Part shown: positions 9,947 to 20,017 of the stretch, in pieces
Numbering within the stretch: the first letter of the stretch is position 1
How the letters are laid out: every line of letters begins with the position of its first letter
From: a bacterium
GTDB lineage: Bacteria > Zhuqueibacterota > Zhuqueibacteria > Residuimicrobiales > Krinioviventaceae
Direction of reading: 5' to 3'
Length of the DNA: 64,000 bases
Assembly (NCBI GenBank): GCA_963674595.2
Contig: CAXXFV010000003.1
Coordinates: 160,001 to 224,000 of the forward strand
Translations under genes and position numbers: made by a program
The notes under the pieces: model-generated
Told to the model about the DNA's origin: nothing
The model's database searches: none
What the model saw: only the letters and a program-made list of their open reading frames with translations

Positions 9947-10537
9947 ATGAAAAAAAATAAAGTCTCCTGTTTAATCATACTTTTACTGGTCCTGATAAAA
10001 CCTCCTTTTGTTCTTTCTGACGAAAACCAAACCGCACCCATCAAAGAATGTTTTCGGATTACTATGAGCGGTGGGCGTTGTTCTCGTTATACTGCTGCTT
10101 TGCCGGTCTTCCATTTAGCCTATCAGGAAAATAATGATCTTTACTCTTTTAGAGTATTATTAGCCAATGTGTTTGCTTTTGTAGGACCTTCGGTACAAGA
10201 TCATGTTTATGAAATGAGCATATTATACGGTAAAGTTTTAACAGAAGGGAAAATAATAAAAAACAAAGACGGGGCCTATATTTCAGGATTTGTTTCCGCT
10301 TCTACCGGGATCAGTGCGATTAAGGGTATTAATAAAGGAAAATTACTGGATGTGCACGATTCTGAATACTCTGTATATGAAGAACTGAAATTCAAGGGTA
10401 TCGGAATACCGCTCGATATGCAGTTCTTTTTAGCAACTCCCTATTTTGGTTATGGAGTTATACTGTTTGCAAATATTAATACCAACCATTCCTTTTATGG
10501 ATTTTTAATCGGCATACAAATCGGCAAATTGCGCTGA
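9947..10537 (+). CDS. Hypothetical exported protein, probable small beta-barrel
   Basis: Signal peptide, alternating beta-strand pattern, C-terminal IGIQIGKLR. Confidence 0.6.
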   Translation: MKKNKVSCLIILLLVLIKPPFVLSDENQTAPIKECFRITMSGGRCSRYTAALPVFHLAYQENNDLYSFRVLLANVFAFVGPSVQDHVYEMSILYGKVLTEGKIIKNKDGAYISGFVSASTGISAIKGINKGKLLDVHDSEYSVYEELKFKGIGIPLDMQFFLATPYFGYGVILFANINTNHSFYGFLIGIQIGKLR

Positions 10538-10618
10538 TTGGAATATATCCCCCATTAAAGGATTATTACTCACCTTAACATTCTGCAAGCTAACACAAAC
10601 AAAACATTATTACTTTAC

Positions 10619-10645
10619 TAAAAACATCTTGCACAGGTTTTATAT
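10619..10645 (+). repeat. Promoter-bearing repeat, copy 2 (truncated, lacks the -10 half)
   Basis: TAAAAACATCTTGCACAGGTTTTATAT, 25/27 identical to 15424-15450. Confidence 0.7.
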
Positions 10646-10783
10646 GTAAACATGTTCATTCCAAATAGTACTTGCATTGCAAAGATGGATCACTTAATTT
10701 ATAGCCTGCCTGATTGCCTGGTACACCAGATGAAACGATATTATAATTGTCAAACATATTTAAATTAATTAAAATAATCATCC

Positions 10784-11914
10784 ATGCAGACGATCTTTAC
10801 AATTGGTATTTTTCTTTCATTTTTTCTTGCCCTCTTGCTTGCAACAAAAAAACAAAAAACTTTGCCGGATAAAATTCTTGTTGCCTGGTTGTGCATTATT
10901 GGCATCCATTTAACAAGTTATTACCTCTATTCGCTTGGATATTGGACTAAATACCCGCACCTTGTCGGCATTACGTTGCCGGTTCCCTTGCTTCACGGCC
11001 CAATGCTGTTTTTATATACCCTTTATTCCCTGAGAAATGATAAAAATTTAAGAGAAATCGATTACCTCCATTTTGCACCGGCCCTTTTATCCTGGCTCTA
11101 TATGTGCCGATTTTACTTTTTTTATTCAGCGGAACAAAAAAGAATGGTAGATGAAGGCCTGATCGACGATTTTGCCGTTTTTTCCACAATTGCTTTGATA
11201 ACTTTTATTGTGTCAGGATTGGTTTATCCGCTTTTAGCCTACAGACATGTCGGCAAATACAAGCGGCTGATTGATGATAATTTCTCCTATGACAACCGAA
11301 TCAGCCTCAACTGGTTAAAATATTGTATCTGGGGAATAGGTATTATTTATTTAACAGCAGCTGTTATTTCAATTTTAAAAGATGGATTTGGTCTAAATTT
11401 TCCTTTTAATGCTGATTTCATTTTTTATATCATTATCGTAATTTTTGTTTTCTGTATCGGCTTTTTTGGAATACGTCACCAGGGTGTTTTTAATGATAAT
11501 ACGATTGATCCTTCCATGGAAATGGTACAGGAAAAGCCGTCCGGAGAATATAAAAAATCAGGGCTCAAACAGGATGTAGCAGAAAAGGTCCACCAAAAGC
11601 TGCAAAACATAATGGAAACTGAAAAACCCTATATCAATCCCAGGTTGACATTAAACGATCTTGCAAGCAGCGTGGATGTCTCACCCAATCATCTTTCCCA
11701 GATAATAAATCAGTATGAAAAAGTAAATTTTCATGATTTTGTCAACACGTATAGAATAGAAGAATTTATTAGAAACGCCTCTGCCAACAAAAATTTCAGC
11801 ATCCTCGCCCTTGCTCTTGATGCCGGTTTTAACTCAAAATCTTCATTTAATAATGTATTTAAAAAACACAAAGGCATCGCCCCTTCGAAATATATGGCAC
11901 AATTACCCAATTAA
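10784..11914 (+). CDS. Membrane-anchored AraC family transcriptional regulator
   Basis: Multi-TM N-terminus; C-terminal YKKSGL...NFHDFVNTYRI...GFNSKSSFNNVFKK HTH. Confidence 0.9.
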   Translation: MQTIFTIGIFLSFFLALLLATKKQKTLPDKILVAWLCIIGIHLTSYYLYSLGYWTKYPHLVGITLPVPLLHGPMLFLYTLYSLRNDKNLREIDYLHFAPALLSWLYMCRFYFFYSAEQKRMVDEGLIDDFAVFSTIALITFIVSGLVYPLLAYRHVGKYKRLIDDNFSYDNRISLNWLKYCIWGIGIIYLTAAVISILKDGFGLNFPFNADFIFYIIIVIFVFCIGFFGIRHQGVFNDNTIDPSMEMVQEKPSGEYKKSGLKQDVAEKVHQKLQNIMETEKPYINPRLTLNDLASSVDVSPNHLSQIINQYEKVNFHDFVNTYRIEEFIRNASANKNFSILALALDAGFNSKSSFNNVFKKHKGIAPSKYMAQLPN

Positions 11915-11975
11915 GCCAAATAACCGCATTTTACTCAACATTCCAGCTATTTCTTTCAAAAAATTTCAATAAAAA

Positions 11976-12057
11976 GTACATTCCTACAGGCCTGCACCTC
12001 TAAATTGTCCAATCCCTCACGATTGGGCGATGGACTCCTTTTTTTTATCTATATTTG
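11976..12057 (+). promoter_or_regulatory. Putative AraC binding sites plus Bacteroidota-type -7 element
   Basis: GTCCAATC-N6-GATTGGGC (12007-12028), a degenerate copy 31 bp upstream, and TATATTTG (TAnnTTTG) at 12050-12057. Confidence 0.45.
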
Positions 12058-12088
12058 CTCAACAATTTTATGAACAAAAGGAGTCATT

Positions 12089-12904
12089 ATGATTATTAAA
12101 AAATATCAACACACATTTATCTTTTATGCTTTATCCACTATCCTGCCCTGGGCGTTTTGGTTTACAGCCGGATATACAAGCCAGATCACCCCAAGTAATC
12201 ATTCACTGGTTTTGGGTACAAGCATATTATCATTTTTGGGCTTAATATCGCCCAATATCGTGGCGTTCTTTTTAATCTTTTCAAATAAAGAACTATGCCT
12301 TGATGTGTTCGCCCGTTTTTTCAATTTTAAAGGGACAAAAATCAAATACTGGTTTACAGCGTGCTTTTTAATGTTGGTCAGTATTCTGCTGGCACAGGCC
12401 GTTTCATTAATATTTGGATACAGCGCGGACCAGTTTAAACCGGCCGGATCATTTTCATTTACGTCCGGTATTTTTCCTGTTTGGTTTTTATTACTCGCAG
12501 CACCATTTTTCGAAGAGCTGGCCTGGCACTCTTATGGAACAGATTGCCTGCGTTCAAAATTCAGTCTGTTTACATCCTCCATGCTGTTTGCATTTTATTG
12601 GGGTATGTGGCACATGCCGCTTTCTTTTATCCAAGATTATTACCACAGCAATGTGCTTGAATCAGGAATTATTTACTCGTTAAATTTTATACTTAGCCTG
12701 TTTCCCTTTGTTCTCATTATGAACTGGCTGTACTATAAAACTAACAGAAATATTTTGATAGCAATAATATTTCATATCACAGCCGGGTATTTTAATGAAA
12801 TTTTCTGTACACATCCCATGAGTAAAGTGATTCAAACCGTATTACTCTGCTTTTTCACTATCTATATAGTTTTGAATGAAAAAGATTTTTTCTTTCAAAA
12901 ATAA
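12089..12904 (+). CDS. CPBP family intramembrane glutamic endopeptidase (CAAX protease/Abi)
   Basis: FEELAWHSY, WGMWH, AIIFH..N motifs; multi-TM. Confidence 0.85.
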   Translation: MIIKKYQHTFIFYALSTILPWAFWFTAGYTSQITPSNHSLVLGTSILSFLGLISPNIVAFFLIFSNKELCLDVFARFFNFKGTKIKYWFTACFLMLVSILLAQAVSLIFGYSADQFKPAGSFSFTSGIFPVWFLLLAAPFFEELAWHSYGTDCLRSKFSLFTSSMLFAFYWGMWHMPLSFIQDYYHSNVLESGIIYSLNFILSLFPFVLIMNWLYYKTNRNILIAIIFHITAGYFNEIFCTHPMSKVIQTVLLCFFTIYIVLNEKDFFFQK

Positions 12905-12933
12905 CATACAATATAATAAAGGAACATAACATC

Positions 12934-15267
12934 ATGAAAACACTTAAAATCACATTGATTATACTTATTTCATATTCTATATCTTTTTCACAATCAATAA
13001 CTCAATCTATAACGGGAAAAATATTTGATAATTTAACCAGGGAACCTCTGCCGTTTGCAAATATTGTAGTTTTGGATACGGATCCTCTTATTGGAACGAC
13101 TTCTGATTTGGAAGGTAATTTTATTATAAAAAAAATCCCGGTAGGACGGCATAACATCAAAGTTACCATGATGGGTTATGAAAGCCGTCTGTTAAACGAA
13201 CTTTTAATAAGCACAGGACAGCAACCGGTATTAAACATCGGCCTGCAGCAAACAGTTCTCAATATGGATCAAGTTGTTGTTCGAGTCAACAAGGATGTGC
13301 CCGTAAATACAATGACAACCGTGAGTGGTCGGCAATTTACAGTCGAAGAAACCCAGCGCTATGCCGGAGGTCTGGATGATCCGGCGCGTTTGGCGTCATC
13401 GTTTGCCGGAGTTGCAACGCCGTCGGTTAGCAGCAATGGAATTTCTGTTCGCGGTAATAACCCGGAAGGATTACTTTGGCGAATTGAAGGTGTTGAGGCA
13501 CCCAACCCAAACCATTTTGCCGATTTAACAGTTGTCGGTGGTGGTTTGTTAACTGCTATAAGCAATCAAATAATGGGCAATAGTGATTTCTTTACCGGTG
13601 CTTTTCCTGCAGAATTTGGAAACGCAACATCAGGTGTTTTTGACATTAACCTGAAAACAGGAAATTCTAATAAACGTGAATACACCTTGCAGGCCGGTGT
13701 CATCGGTGTTGATTTTTCAACACAGGGTCCGTTTGTCCAGGGGAAAGAAGCCTCATACCTGATGAATTACCGATATTCAACAATGGCGCTTGTTTCACCT
13801 CTTTTACCAAACGATACCGGTATTTTAAAATATCAGGACCTGGCATTTAAAACAAATTTTCCGACAGAAAATTCAGGTACATTTTCTTTTTGGGGAGTCG
13901 GTGCCCTGGACGGCCAGGAAATGGACGCTGCCGATAGTCTCGACTGGAAAGCCAATTTTGACAGGGATAACTCTAAAACATCGTTGTACATGTTTGCTAC
14001 GGGCTTGACGCATAAAATGGCTCTAAACTCGAGTACTTTTCTTAATACAACATTGTCCGCCACAGGCAATGGATTAAACCACGAGGAACAGCGATTGAAT
14101 TATCAGTTACAGCCACGGCCACAATCTTTTGTAGATAATGATACATGGCGCATGTCTATCCAGTCAAGTCTTGGAAGACGTTTTAACAAAAAACACAACA
14201 ACCAAACCGGATTTTGTTTTAGTCACCTGGGATACAATGTAGAGATAGAACAATCTCAAACCGAAGGCGCTGCTCCAATTTCAACTGCAAAACAAAAAGG
14301 CAAATCCGGTTTATGGCAGTTTTACACACAATCAAAAATATCTCTCACGTCCCATTTATCTTTAAACCTGGGCCTGCACTCACAGTATTTCCTTTTGAAC
14401 AAAAAACATTCGATAGAACCACGTATCGGCGTTAAATATCATCTTAACGACAAGCACAGTCTGGCTTTTGCTTATGGTTTGCACAGCCGCATTGAACGTC
14501 TGCCTGTATATTTTGTAGATATGGACGGTATGAATCCAAACAAAAACCTGGACCTGCTAAAGTCTGCCCACTATGTTTTTGCCTATGATGTAAAACTTGG
14601 TGAACATTTGAGATGGCGGGTAGAACCTTATTACCAGCACCTCTACAATATTCCGGTTTCACCTGACAGCTATATCTCAACAATCAACATTGAAAATGAT
14701 GTCTTTTTTGACCACGAACTTGTCAGCAAGGGCAAAGGCCGAAATATAGGACTTGATATGACGTTTGAACAATTCCTATACAAGGGCTTTTATTATCTGG
14801 TAACGGCATCGGTTTTTGATTCAAAATATACGGATGCTAAAGGGATAACACGAAACACCCGTTTTAATAAAAACTATGTTCTGAATGTGCTTGCCGGCAA
14901 AGAGTGGACTGTCGGAAAAAACAAAAACAATATTCTGGGCGCCAATATTCGCATCAATTACATGGGTGGAAACCGTAAAGAGGCTATTGACACGGATGCT
15001 TCTTTAAACGATAAGGACATTGTATATGGAGAATCCGATGGCAACAAAGCCTTTAGCGACTGCCACTCTGCAACACCGATAATTTCTTTTTCTATCTCAT
15101 ACAGGAAAAATAAACCAAACTATTCATCGGTATGGGCATTGCAAATTCTAAATATGACAGGCGCCAAAGAATTCTCGAATGATTATTACAACATTAAAAC
15201 AGGTAAAATTGAAACAAAATACGAAGGTATTATGGTGCCGAACCTGAGTTATAAGGTTGAGTTTTAA
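12934..15267 (+). CDS. TonB-dependent receptor with carboxypeptidase-like regulatory N-terminal domain
   Basis: Signal peptide, EPLPFANI, RYAGGLDDPARL, SVRGNNP, PNPNHF plug motifs, C-terminal YKVEF. Confidence 0.9.
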   Translation: MKTLKITLIILISYSISFSQSITQSITGKIFDNLTREPLPFANIVVLDTDPLIGTTSDLEGNFIIKKIPVGRHNIKVTMMGYESRLLNELLISTGQQPVLNIGLQQTVLNMDQVVVRVNKDVPVNTMTTVSGRQFTVEETQRYAGGLDDPARLASSFAGVATPSVSSNGISVRGNNPEGLLWRIEGVEAPNPNHFADLTVVGGGLLTAISNQIMGNSDFFTGAFPAEFGNATSGVFDINLKTGNSNKREYTLQAGVIGVDFSTQGPFVQGKEASYLMNYRYSTMALVSPLLPNDTGILKYQDLAFKTNFPTENSGTFSFWGVGALDGQEMDAADSLDWKANFDRDNSKTSLYMFATGLTHKMALNSSTFLNTTLSATGNGLNHEEQRLNYQLQPRPQSFVDNDTWRMSIQSSLGRRFNKKHNNQTGFCFSHLGYNVEIEQSQTEGAAPISTAKQKGKSGLWQFYTQSKISLTSHLSLNLGLHSQYFLLNKKHSIEPRIGVKYHLNDKHSLAFAYGLHSRIERLPVYFVDMDGMNPNKNLDLLKSAHYVFAYDVKLGEHLRWRVEPYYQHLYNIPVSPDSYISTINIENDVFFDHELVSKGKGRNIGLDMTFEQFLYKGFYYLVTASVFDSKYTDAKGITRNTRFNKNYVLNVLAGKEWTVGKNKNNILGANIRINYMGGNRKEAIDTDASLNDKDIVYGESDGNKAFSDCHSATPIISFSISYRKNKPNYSSVWALQILNMTGAKEFSNDYYNIKTGKIETKYEGIMVPNLSYKVEF

Positions 15268-15286
15268 AAATTGAAATAAAATAAAA

Positions 15287-15359
15287 GGACCATAGGGGCA
15301 GACCTGTGATTGCGCCCGAAAGCAGATCAAGCCACAGGATTAATTGCCCCTATGGGTCC
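15287..15359. repeat. Long hairpin resembling a degenerate REP doublet (REPIN)
   Basis: GGAC-CATAGGGGCA pairs with TGCCCCTATG-G-GTCC; inner CCTGTG/CACAGG stem. Confidence 0.5.
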
Positions 15360-15423
15360 GCCATTAACCGGATTGATAACCGGCTACATCTTTTTTTTGT
15401 TAAAATCCTTACCCAATTAATGG

Positions 15424-15468
15424 TAAAAACACCTTGCACTGGTTTTATATAATTTGTATTATTTGTCT
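15424..15468 (+). promoter_or_regulatory. Promoter-bearing repeat, copy 3 (TTGCAC-17-TATTAT)
   Basis: TTGCAC 15434-15439, spacer ending ATATAATTTG, TATTAT 15457-15462. Confidence 0.65.
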
Positions 15469-15518
15469 GGCACTCCTAAAAGATTGTTTCTCTTGTTATT
15501 TTAAATTTAAGGCAATTT

Positions 15519-18500
15519 ATGAATATACGTTTTTATAAATTGATATGGGTCCTCCTGGTAACTATTGCCGGTTTATCATCATGTTCAACACCCGTACCCA
15601 AACGGCCGGTGGATTATGTTCGCCCCGAAATTGATACGGTGAAGCCCAGATGGATCTATTTTTCGTCGGCCTGCCTGCCCTTTGGCATGGTCAACCTGAG
15701 CCCGGATACCTGGACAAAAGGCACCTGGAATGCCGGGTATGTTTATGACAGCTTGTATGTGCGCTGTTTTAGTCATGTTCACGCCTGGCAGATGTCGGGA
15801 ATTGCGGTTATGCCGACAACAGGAGAATTTAAAGGCCACCTTGGTATGGAGACCTATAAATCTGCCTTTTCTCATGACGATGAAATCATCAAAGCAGGAT
15901 ACCATAAAATCGTTTTAAAGGATTACAACATTACAGCCGAACTAACGGCTACTACCCGTGTCGGGCTTCACCGATACACCTTCCCAAACCAGGAAGGATA
16001 TATTCTGTTTGATACGGGCGCCTATCTTGGACCCGGCGAAACGGTGATGTCCTCTGTAACTCAAGTAAGCGATACCGAAATTGAAGGCTATGCTCTGGTT
16101 GCTAAAACCCGCCGCCGCTCCAAAGATACATTTGTTTATTTTGTAGCCCGTGTTAACCAACCCTTTGAAAATTTTGGTGCCTGGGAAAACGGCGAATTAC
16201 TGCCGAATGACACAAAAAAAGTTCAGGGCAAAGATGCCGGTGCTTTTATGAAATTCACCACAATTGATACCCAGACAATTTTACTCAAAGTCGCTATATC
16301 TTATACATCCATAGAAGGTGCACGGCGCAATATGGATACCGAATTACCACACTGGAACTTTGAACAGGTAAAAGAAAATGCTCTTAATGAATGGAACAAC
16401 TGGCTGGGCCGTGTCAGAGTTCAAGGCGGTACAGAAGCACAAAAAATTAAATTATATACCGATCTATGGCATTTATTATTAGGGCGACGAATTGTCAGTG
16501 ATGTTGACGGAAAATATTGCGACATGACCGGTGACACACCGGTTATCCGGCAAATTCCATTGGATGCGGATAACAAGCCTTTATACAATCATCACTGTTT
16601 TGATGCTTTATGGGGCACTCACTGGACGGCTAATATCATCTGGACGATGTTGTATCCGGAAGTGGTGGATGCGCTCTGTAATACCATGGTTGATATATAT
16701 AAAAACGGAGGCCTCATTCCCCGTGGACCTACTGTCGGCAACTATAGCTATGTCATGATCGGCGACCCGGCCGTCTCTTTGTTTGCCGCAGCTTATAATA
16801 AGGGAATACGTAACTGGGACATTGAAACTGCCTATGAAGGACTGAGGAAAAACGCATTTCCGGGTGGTATTCGAGATCGTGCCGGTTATGAATTTGAAAA
16901 ACATGCTACCGGTGGCGGCATGAAACAATATGCGGAAAGAGGATATGTACCGGAAGACTTGCCGGGACATGGTTTTCATAAAGACGGTGCAGCCATGACG
17001 CTTGAATATGCCTATCAGGACTGGTGCCTGGCACAATTAGCAAAACCATTGGGTAAAAAAGATGATTATGAATTTTTCATAAAACGTTCAGAAAATTATA
17101 AAAATATATGGGACCCGTCCATTAAATACATGCGCCCCCGAAATCAGGATGGTTCCTGGTTAAAAGATTTTGAACCTGTTGGCGAAGGATATAACACAAA
17201 AGGCTTTTGTGAATGTAATTCGGCCATTTATACCAATTATGTTCCTCATGATATGAAAGGGCTTATCACCCTTTTTGGTGGACAGGAATCTTATAATAAT
17301 TTCCTGAACAGCAGTTTTGAAAAGGCAGAATCGCATAACTTTGTTGCCGAAAACTATAGACGCAGCCTCAGTTGGGTAAATTATGAAAACCAGCCCGGCA
17401 CAGAGATGGCGCATTTGTTTAACTATAGCCGCGCTCCCTGGCTGACTCAAAAATGGGTGCGTTTGGTTAAAGAAAAAGCATTCGGTGATATAACTCCCTA
17501 CGGCGGTTATAACGGCGATGAAGACCAGGGACAAATGGGTGCACTTGGCGCGCTTATGGCAATCGGTCTGTTTGAAGTACGGGGCGGCTGTGCTGTTGAT
17601 CCCATATATGAAATAACCAGTCCCATATTTGATAAAATAGAACTGGACCTGAACCCTAATTATTATCCCGGTAAAAAATTTACCATTATTACCAAAAATA
17701 ACTGCGCTGAAAATATGTATATACAATCTGCCTATCTTAACGGTCAACCCCTGAACAAATGCTGGTTTGAGCATTCTGTTTATGCAAATGGCGGCACCCT
17801 GGAATTGCACCTGGGACCAGAGCCAAATAAAAACTGGGGCAGTGATCCAAACGAAATGCCGCCATCTATGTCAGACAATGGTTATCGAGACGGGCGTCCG
17901 GAAGCAGCGTCAAGAATGGAAGCCCGGGACCAGGGTATTGTTTTGTTGCACGGCGATGGCCCTGATAGCTGTGATATTTATGGCGCCCGTGATATATGGG
18001 TATTTGAGGATAATGGAACATATTATATGCATTACGATGCAGCCGGGCCCAGGGGCTGGCTATGCGCTTTAGCCACAAGTAAAGATTTACTCCATTGGGA
18101 TAAAAAAGGTCCGGTTCTGGAGCTGGGTAATTCCAAGGCGGAAGACTCTAAAAGCGCCAGTTATGGTACAACTTTTTTTGATGGTAAAGACTGGCACATG
18201 TTTTATCTTGGAACCCCAAACACGACCAAACCACCAGCCCGAATTCCTGCTTTTCCCTATTTAACAATGAAGGCAAAGAGTTCGTCACCCGGCGGTCCCT
18301 GGATAAAGCAATACGATGTTATTCCGTTCCGACCTCAGCCCAATACATATTATTCAGTAACGGCCAGTCCGGGCCAGATTATAAAAAATAATGGTGAATA
18401 TCTGCAATTTTTCAGTGCGTCAATCAACAACAATAAAATAAAACGTACTTTGGGAATAGCGCGTACAAAGGATTTGGATGGTCAATGGCAGATCGATCCT

Positions 18501-18845
18501 GAACCTATTGTCCCTCTGGAAGAGCAGATCGAAAATTCATCTCTTTATTACGAAGAATCGACCAAAACCTGGTTTTTATTTACCAATCATATTGGTATTG
18601 AGGAGCATGAATATACAGATGCGATTTGGGTATATTGGAGCAAAGATTTAAACAAATGGGATACAAAAAACAAGGCCGTCGTGTTGGATAATAAAAATTG
18701 CACCTGGTCGAAACGCGTTATTGGTTTGCCGTCCGTAATACGGGTTGGTAACAAATTGGCAATATTTTATGATGGATTGCAGGAAAAAGGCACCGGGCAT
18801 ATGCACAGGGATGTTGGACTTGCCTGGCTGGATTTACCCCTGTAA
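15519..18845 (+). CDS. GH92 alpha-mannosidase lipoprotein fused to a C-terminal five-bladed beta-propeller glycoside hydrolase-like domain
   Basis: Lipobox LSSC; PFGMVNLSPDT, TLEYAYQDW, ENQP, GDEDQGQM motifs; after ~aa 790 a second domain with YYMHYD, ATSKDLLHW, GIARTKDL blades. Confidence 0.88.
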   Translation: MNIRFYKLIWVLLVTIAGLSSCSTPVPKRPVDYVRPEIDTVKPRWIYFSSACLPFGMVNLSPDTWTKGTWNAGYVYDSLYVRCFSHVHAWQMSGIAVMPTTGEFKGHLGMETYKSAFSHDDEIIKAGYHKIVLKDYNITAELTATTRVGLHRYTFPNQEGYILFDTGAYLGPGETVMSSVTQVSDTEIEGYALVAKTRRRSKDTFVYFVARVNQPFENFGAWENGELLPNDTKKVQGKDAGAFMKFTTIDTQTILLKVAISYTSIEGARRNMDTELPHWNFEQVKENALNEWNNWLGRVRVQGGTEAQKIKLYTDLWHLLLGRRIVSDVDGKYCDMTGDTPVIRQIPLDADNKPLYNHHCFDALWGTHWTANIIWTMLYPEVVDALCNTMVDIYKNGGLIPRGPTVGNYSYVMIGDPAVSLFAAAYNKGIRNWDIETAYEGLRKNAFPGGIRDRAGYEFEKHATGGGMKQYAERGYVPEDLPGHGFHKDGAAMTLEYAYQDWCLAQLAKPLGKKDDYEFFIKRSENYKNIWDPSIKYMRPRNQDGSWLKDFEPVGEGYNTKGFCECNSAIYTNYVPHDMKGLITLFGGQESYNNFLNSSFEKAESHNFVAENYRRSLSWVNYENQPGTEMAHLFNYSRAPWLTQKWVRLVKEKAFGDITPYGGYNGDEDQGQMGALGALMAIGLFEVRGGCAVDPIYEITSPIFDKIELDLNPNYYPGKKFTIITKNNCAENMYIQSAYLNGQPLNKCWFEHSVYANGGTLELHLGPEPNKNWGSDPNEMPPSMSDNGYRDGRPEAASRMEARDQGIVLLHGDGPDSCDIYGARDIWVFEDNGTYYMHYDAAGPRGWLCALATSKDLLHWDKKGPVLELGNSKAEDSKSASYGTTFFDGKDWHMFYLGTPNTTKPPARIPAFPYLTMKAKSSSPGGPWIKQYDVIPFRPQPNTYYSVTASPGQIIKNNGEYLQFFSASINNNKIKRTLGIARTKDLDGQWQIDPEPIVPLEEQIENSSLYYEESTKTWFLFTNHIGIEEHEYTDAIWVYWSKDLNKWDTKNKAVVLDNKNCTWSKRVIGLPSVIRVGNKLAIFYDGLQEKGTGHMHRDVGLAWLDLPL

Positions 18846-19002
18846 GAGCCGGTGTTATTGGTCATGTAAAAATTGAATATGCAAATGGCCGCACTTGAGC
18901 GTTACACAAGAGGCCTGAACCGGAAAAAAACCGGGACAGTGCCCAGAAATAAAAAACAGCAGATTTAATGAAAACAAGATACTGAAAGAAGGAAAAATAT
19001 AA

Positions 19003-19926
19003 ATGCCAAGTTTAAAAAGTAAATTTTTTAATTTTATGATGCGAAACAGACACCTGTTCAAAGGAAAATTTAAAAAACCAGTCTTTACTTTAAACACATC
19101 CATTGAGGACTTTAGAGACCTGTGCGAAAAAAGTGCCGGCAAATATGCTAAAATTCCGGAGGGTGTTGAGATAAAAGAAGAAAATATTAAGGGTATCCAT
19201 TCGGAATGGATAATTCCTGAAAATGCAAATCGTGAAAAGATGATCCTTTATGTTCATGGCGGCGGCTATATATCCGGTTCCTGTAACGACCACAGAGGAT
19301 TTGTTTCCAAATTTGCAAAAAAATGCGGTCTTTTAACATTGCAGTTTGAATACAGATTGGCGCCGGAACATCCATATCCGGACGGCCTGAATGATTCTAT
19401 GGCCGTCTATAAATGGCTTTTGGAAAACGATTTCAAACCAAAAAATATCATTATTGCCGGCGAATCTGCCGGAGGCGGTTTGACACTGGCATTGCTTTTA
19501 GCCCTTAAAAAATATAATATTCCAATGCCGGCGGCTGCTGTTGCCATTTCACCATGGACGGATTTGACCTGCTCAAGTGATTCATATAAAACAAAAAATA
19601 AAGTATCTGTAGCACCAATTGATTCCTGGCAAGTATTTAGCAAACATTATGTCGGAAATAATCCTGCCGATTTACCCCTGATCTCTCCCCTGTTTGGTGA
19701 CCTGCAAGGCCTGCCTCCTGTTTTTATTAATTCAGGAGAAGACGATGAGTTATTTGAAGACGGAGAAAAATTCTATCAAAAGGCCCGAAAAGCGGGTGTT
19801 GATATAACATTCAGGGCCGGAAAAGGCATGGTCCATTGTTATCCGTTGCTGGACCCTTTCTTTAAAGAAGCAACAGAAGCAATGCAGGAAATTTGCGACT
19901 TTATCAAAGAGCGTATTGAAAATTAA
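19003..19926 (+). CDS. Alpha/beta hydrolase, hormone-sensitive-lipase-like esterase
   Basis: HGGGY oxyanion motif, YRLAPEHPYP, GESAGG nucleophile, catalytic His in GMVH. Confidence 0.9.
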   Translation: MPSLKSKFFNFMMRNRHLFKGKFKKPVFTLNTSIEDFRDLCEKSAGKYAKIPEGVEIKEENIKGIHSEWIIPENANREKMILYVHGGGYISGSCNDHRGFVSKFAKKCGLLTLQFEYRLAPEHPYPDGLNDSMAVYKWLLENDFKPKNIIIAGESAGGGLTLALLLALKKYNIPMPAAAVAISPWTDLTCSSDSYKTKNKVSVAPIDSWQVFSKHYVGNNPADLPLISPLFGDLQGLPPVFINSGEDDELFEDGEKFYQKARKAGVDITFRAGKGMVHCYPLLDPFFKEATEAMQEICDFIKERIEN

Positions 19927-20017
19927 GTTTGTAATTTCCAACGATTGACCGTCCCTGAAATTCATTGAATTTAAATGATATATTAAAAATAGATAATAAA
20001 TATTTCAATGAAAGGTC

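Noticed and set aside
17160-17810. Long antisense ORFs (also 24411-25001, 56730-57446 and others)
   Set aside because: They are shadows of well-supported genes on the opposite strand and have no motifs or RBS
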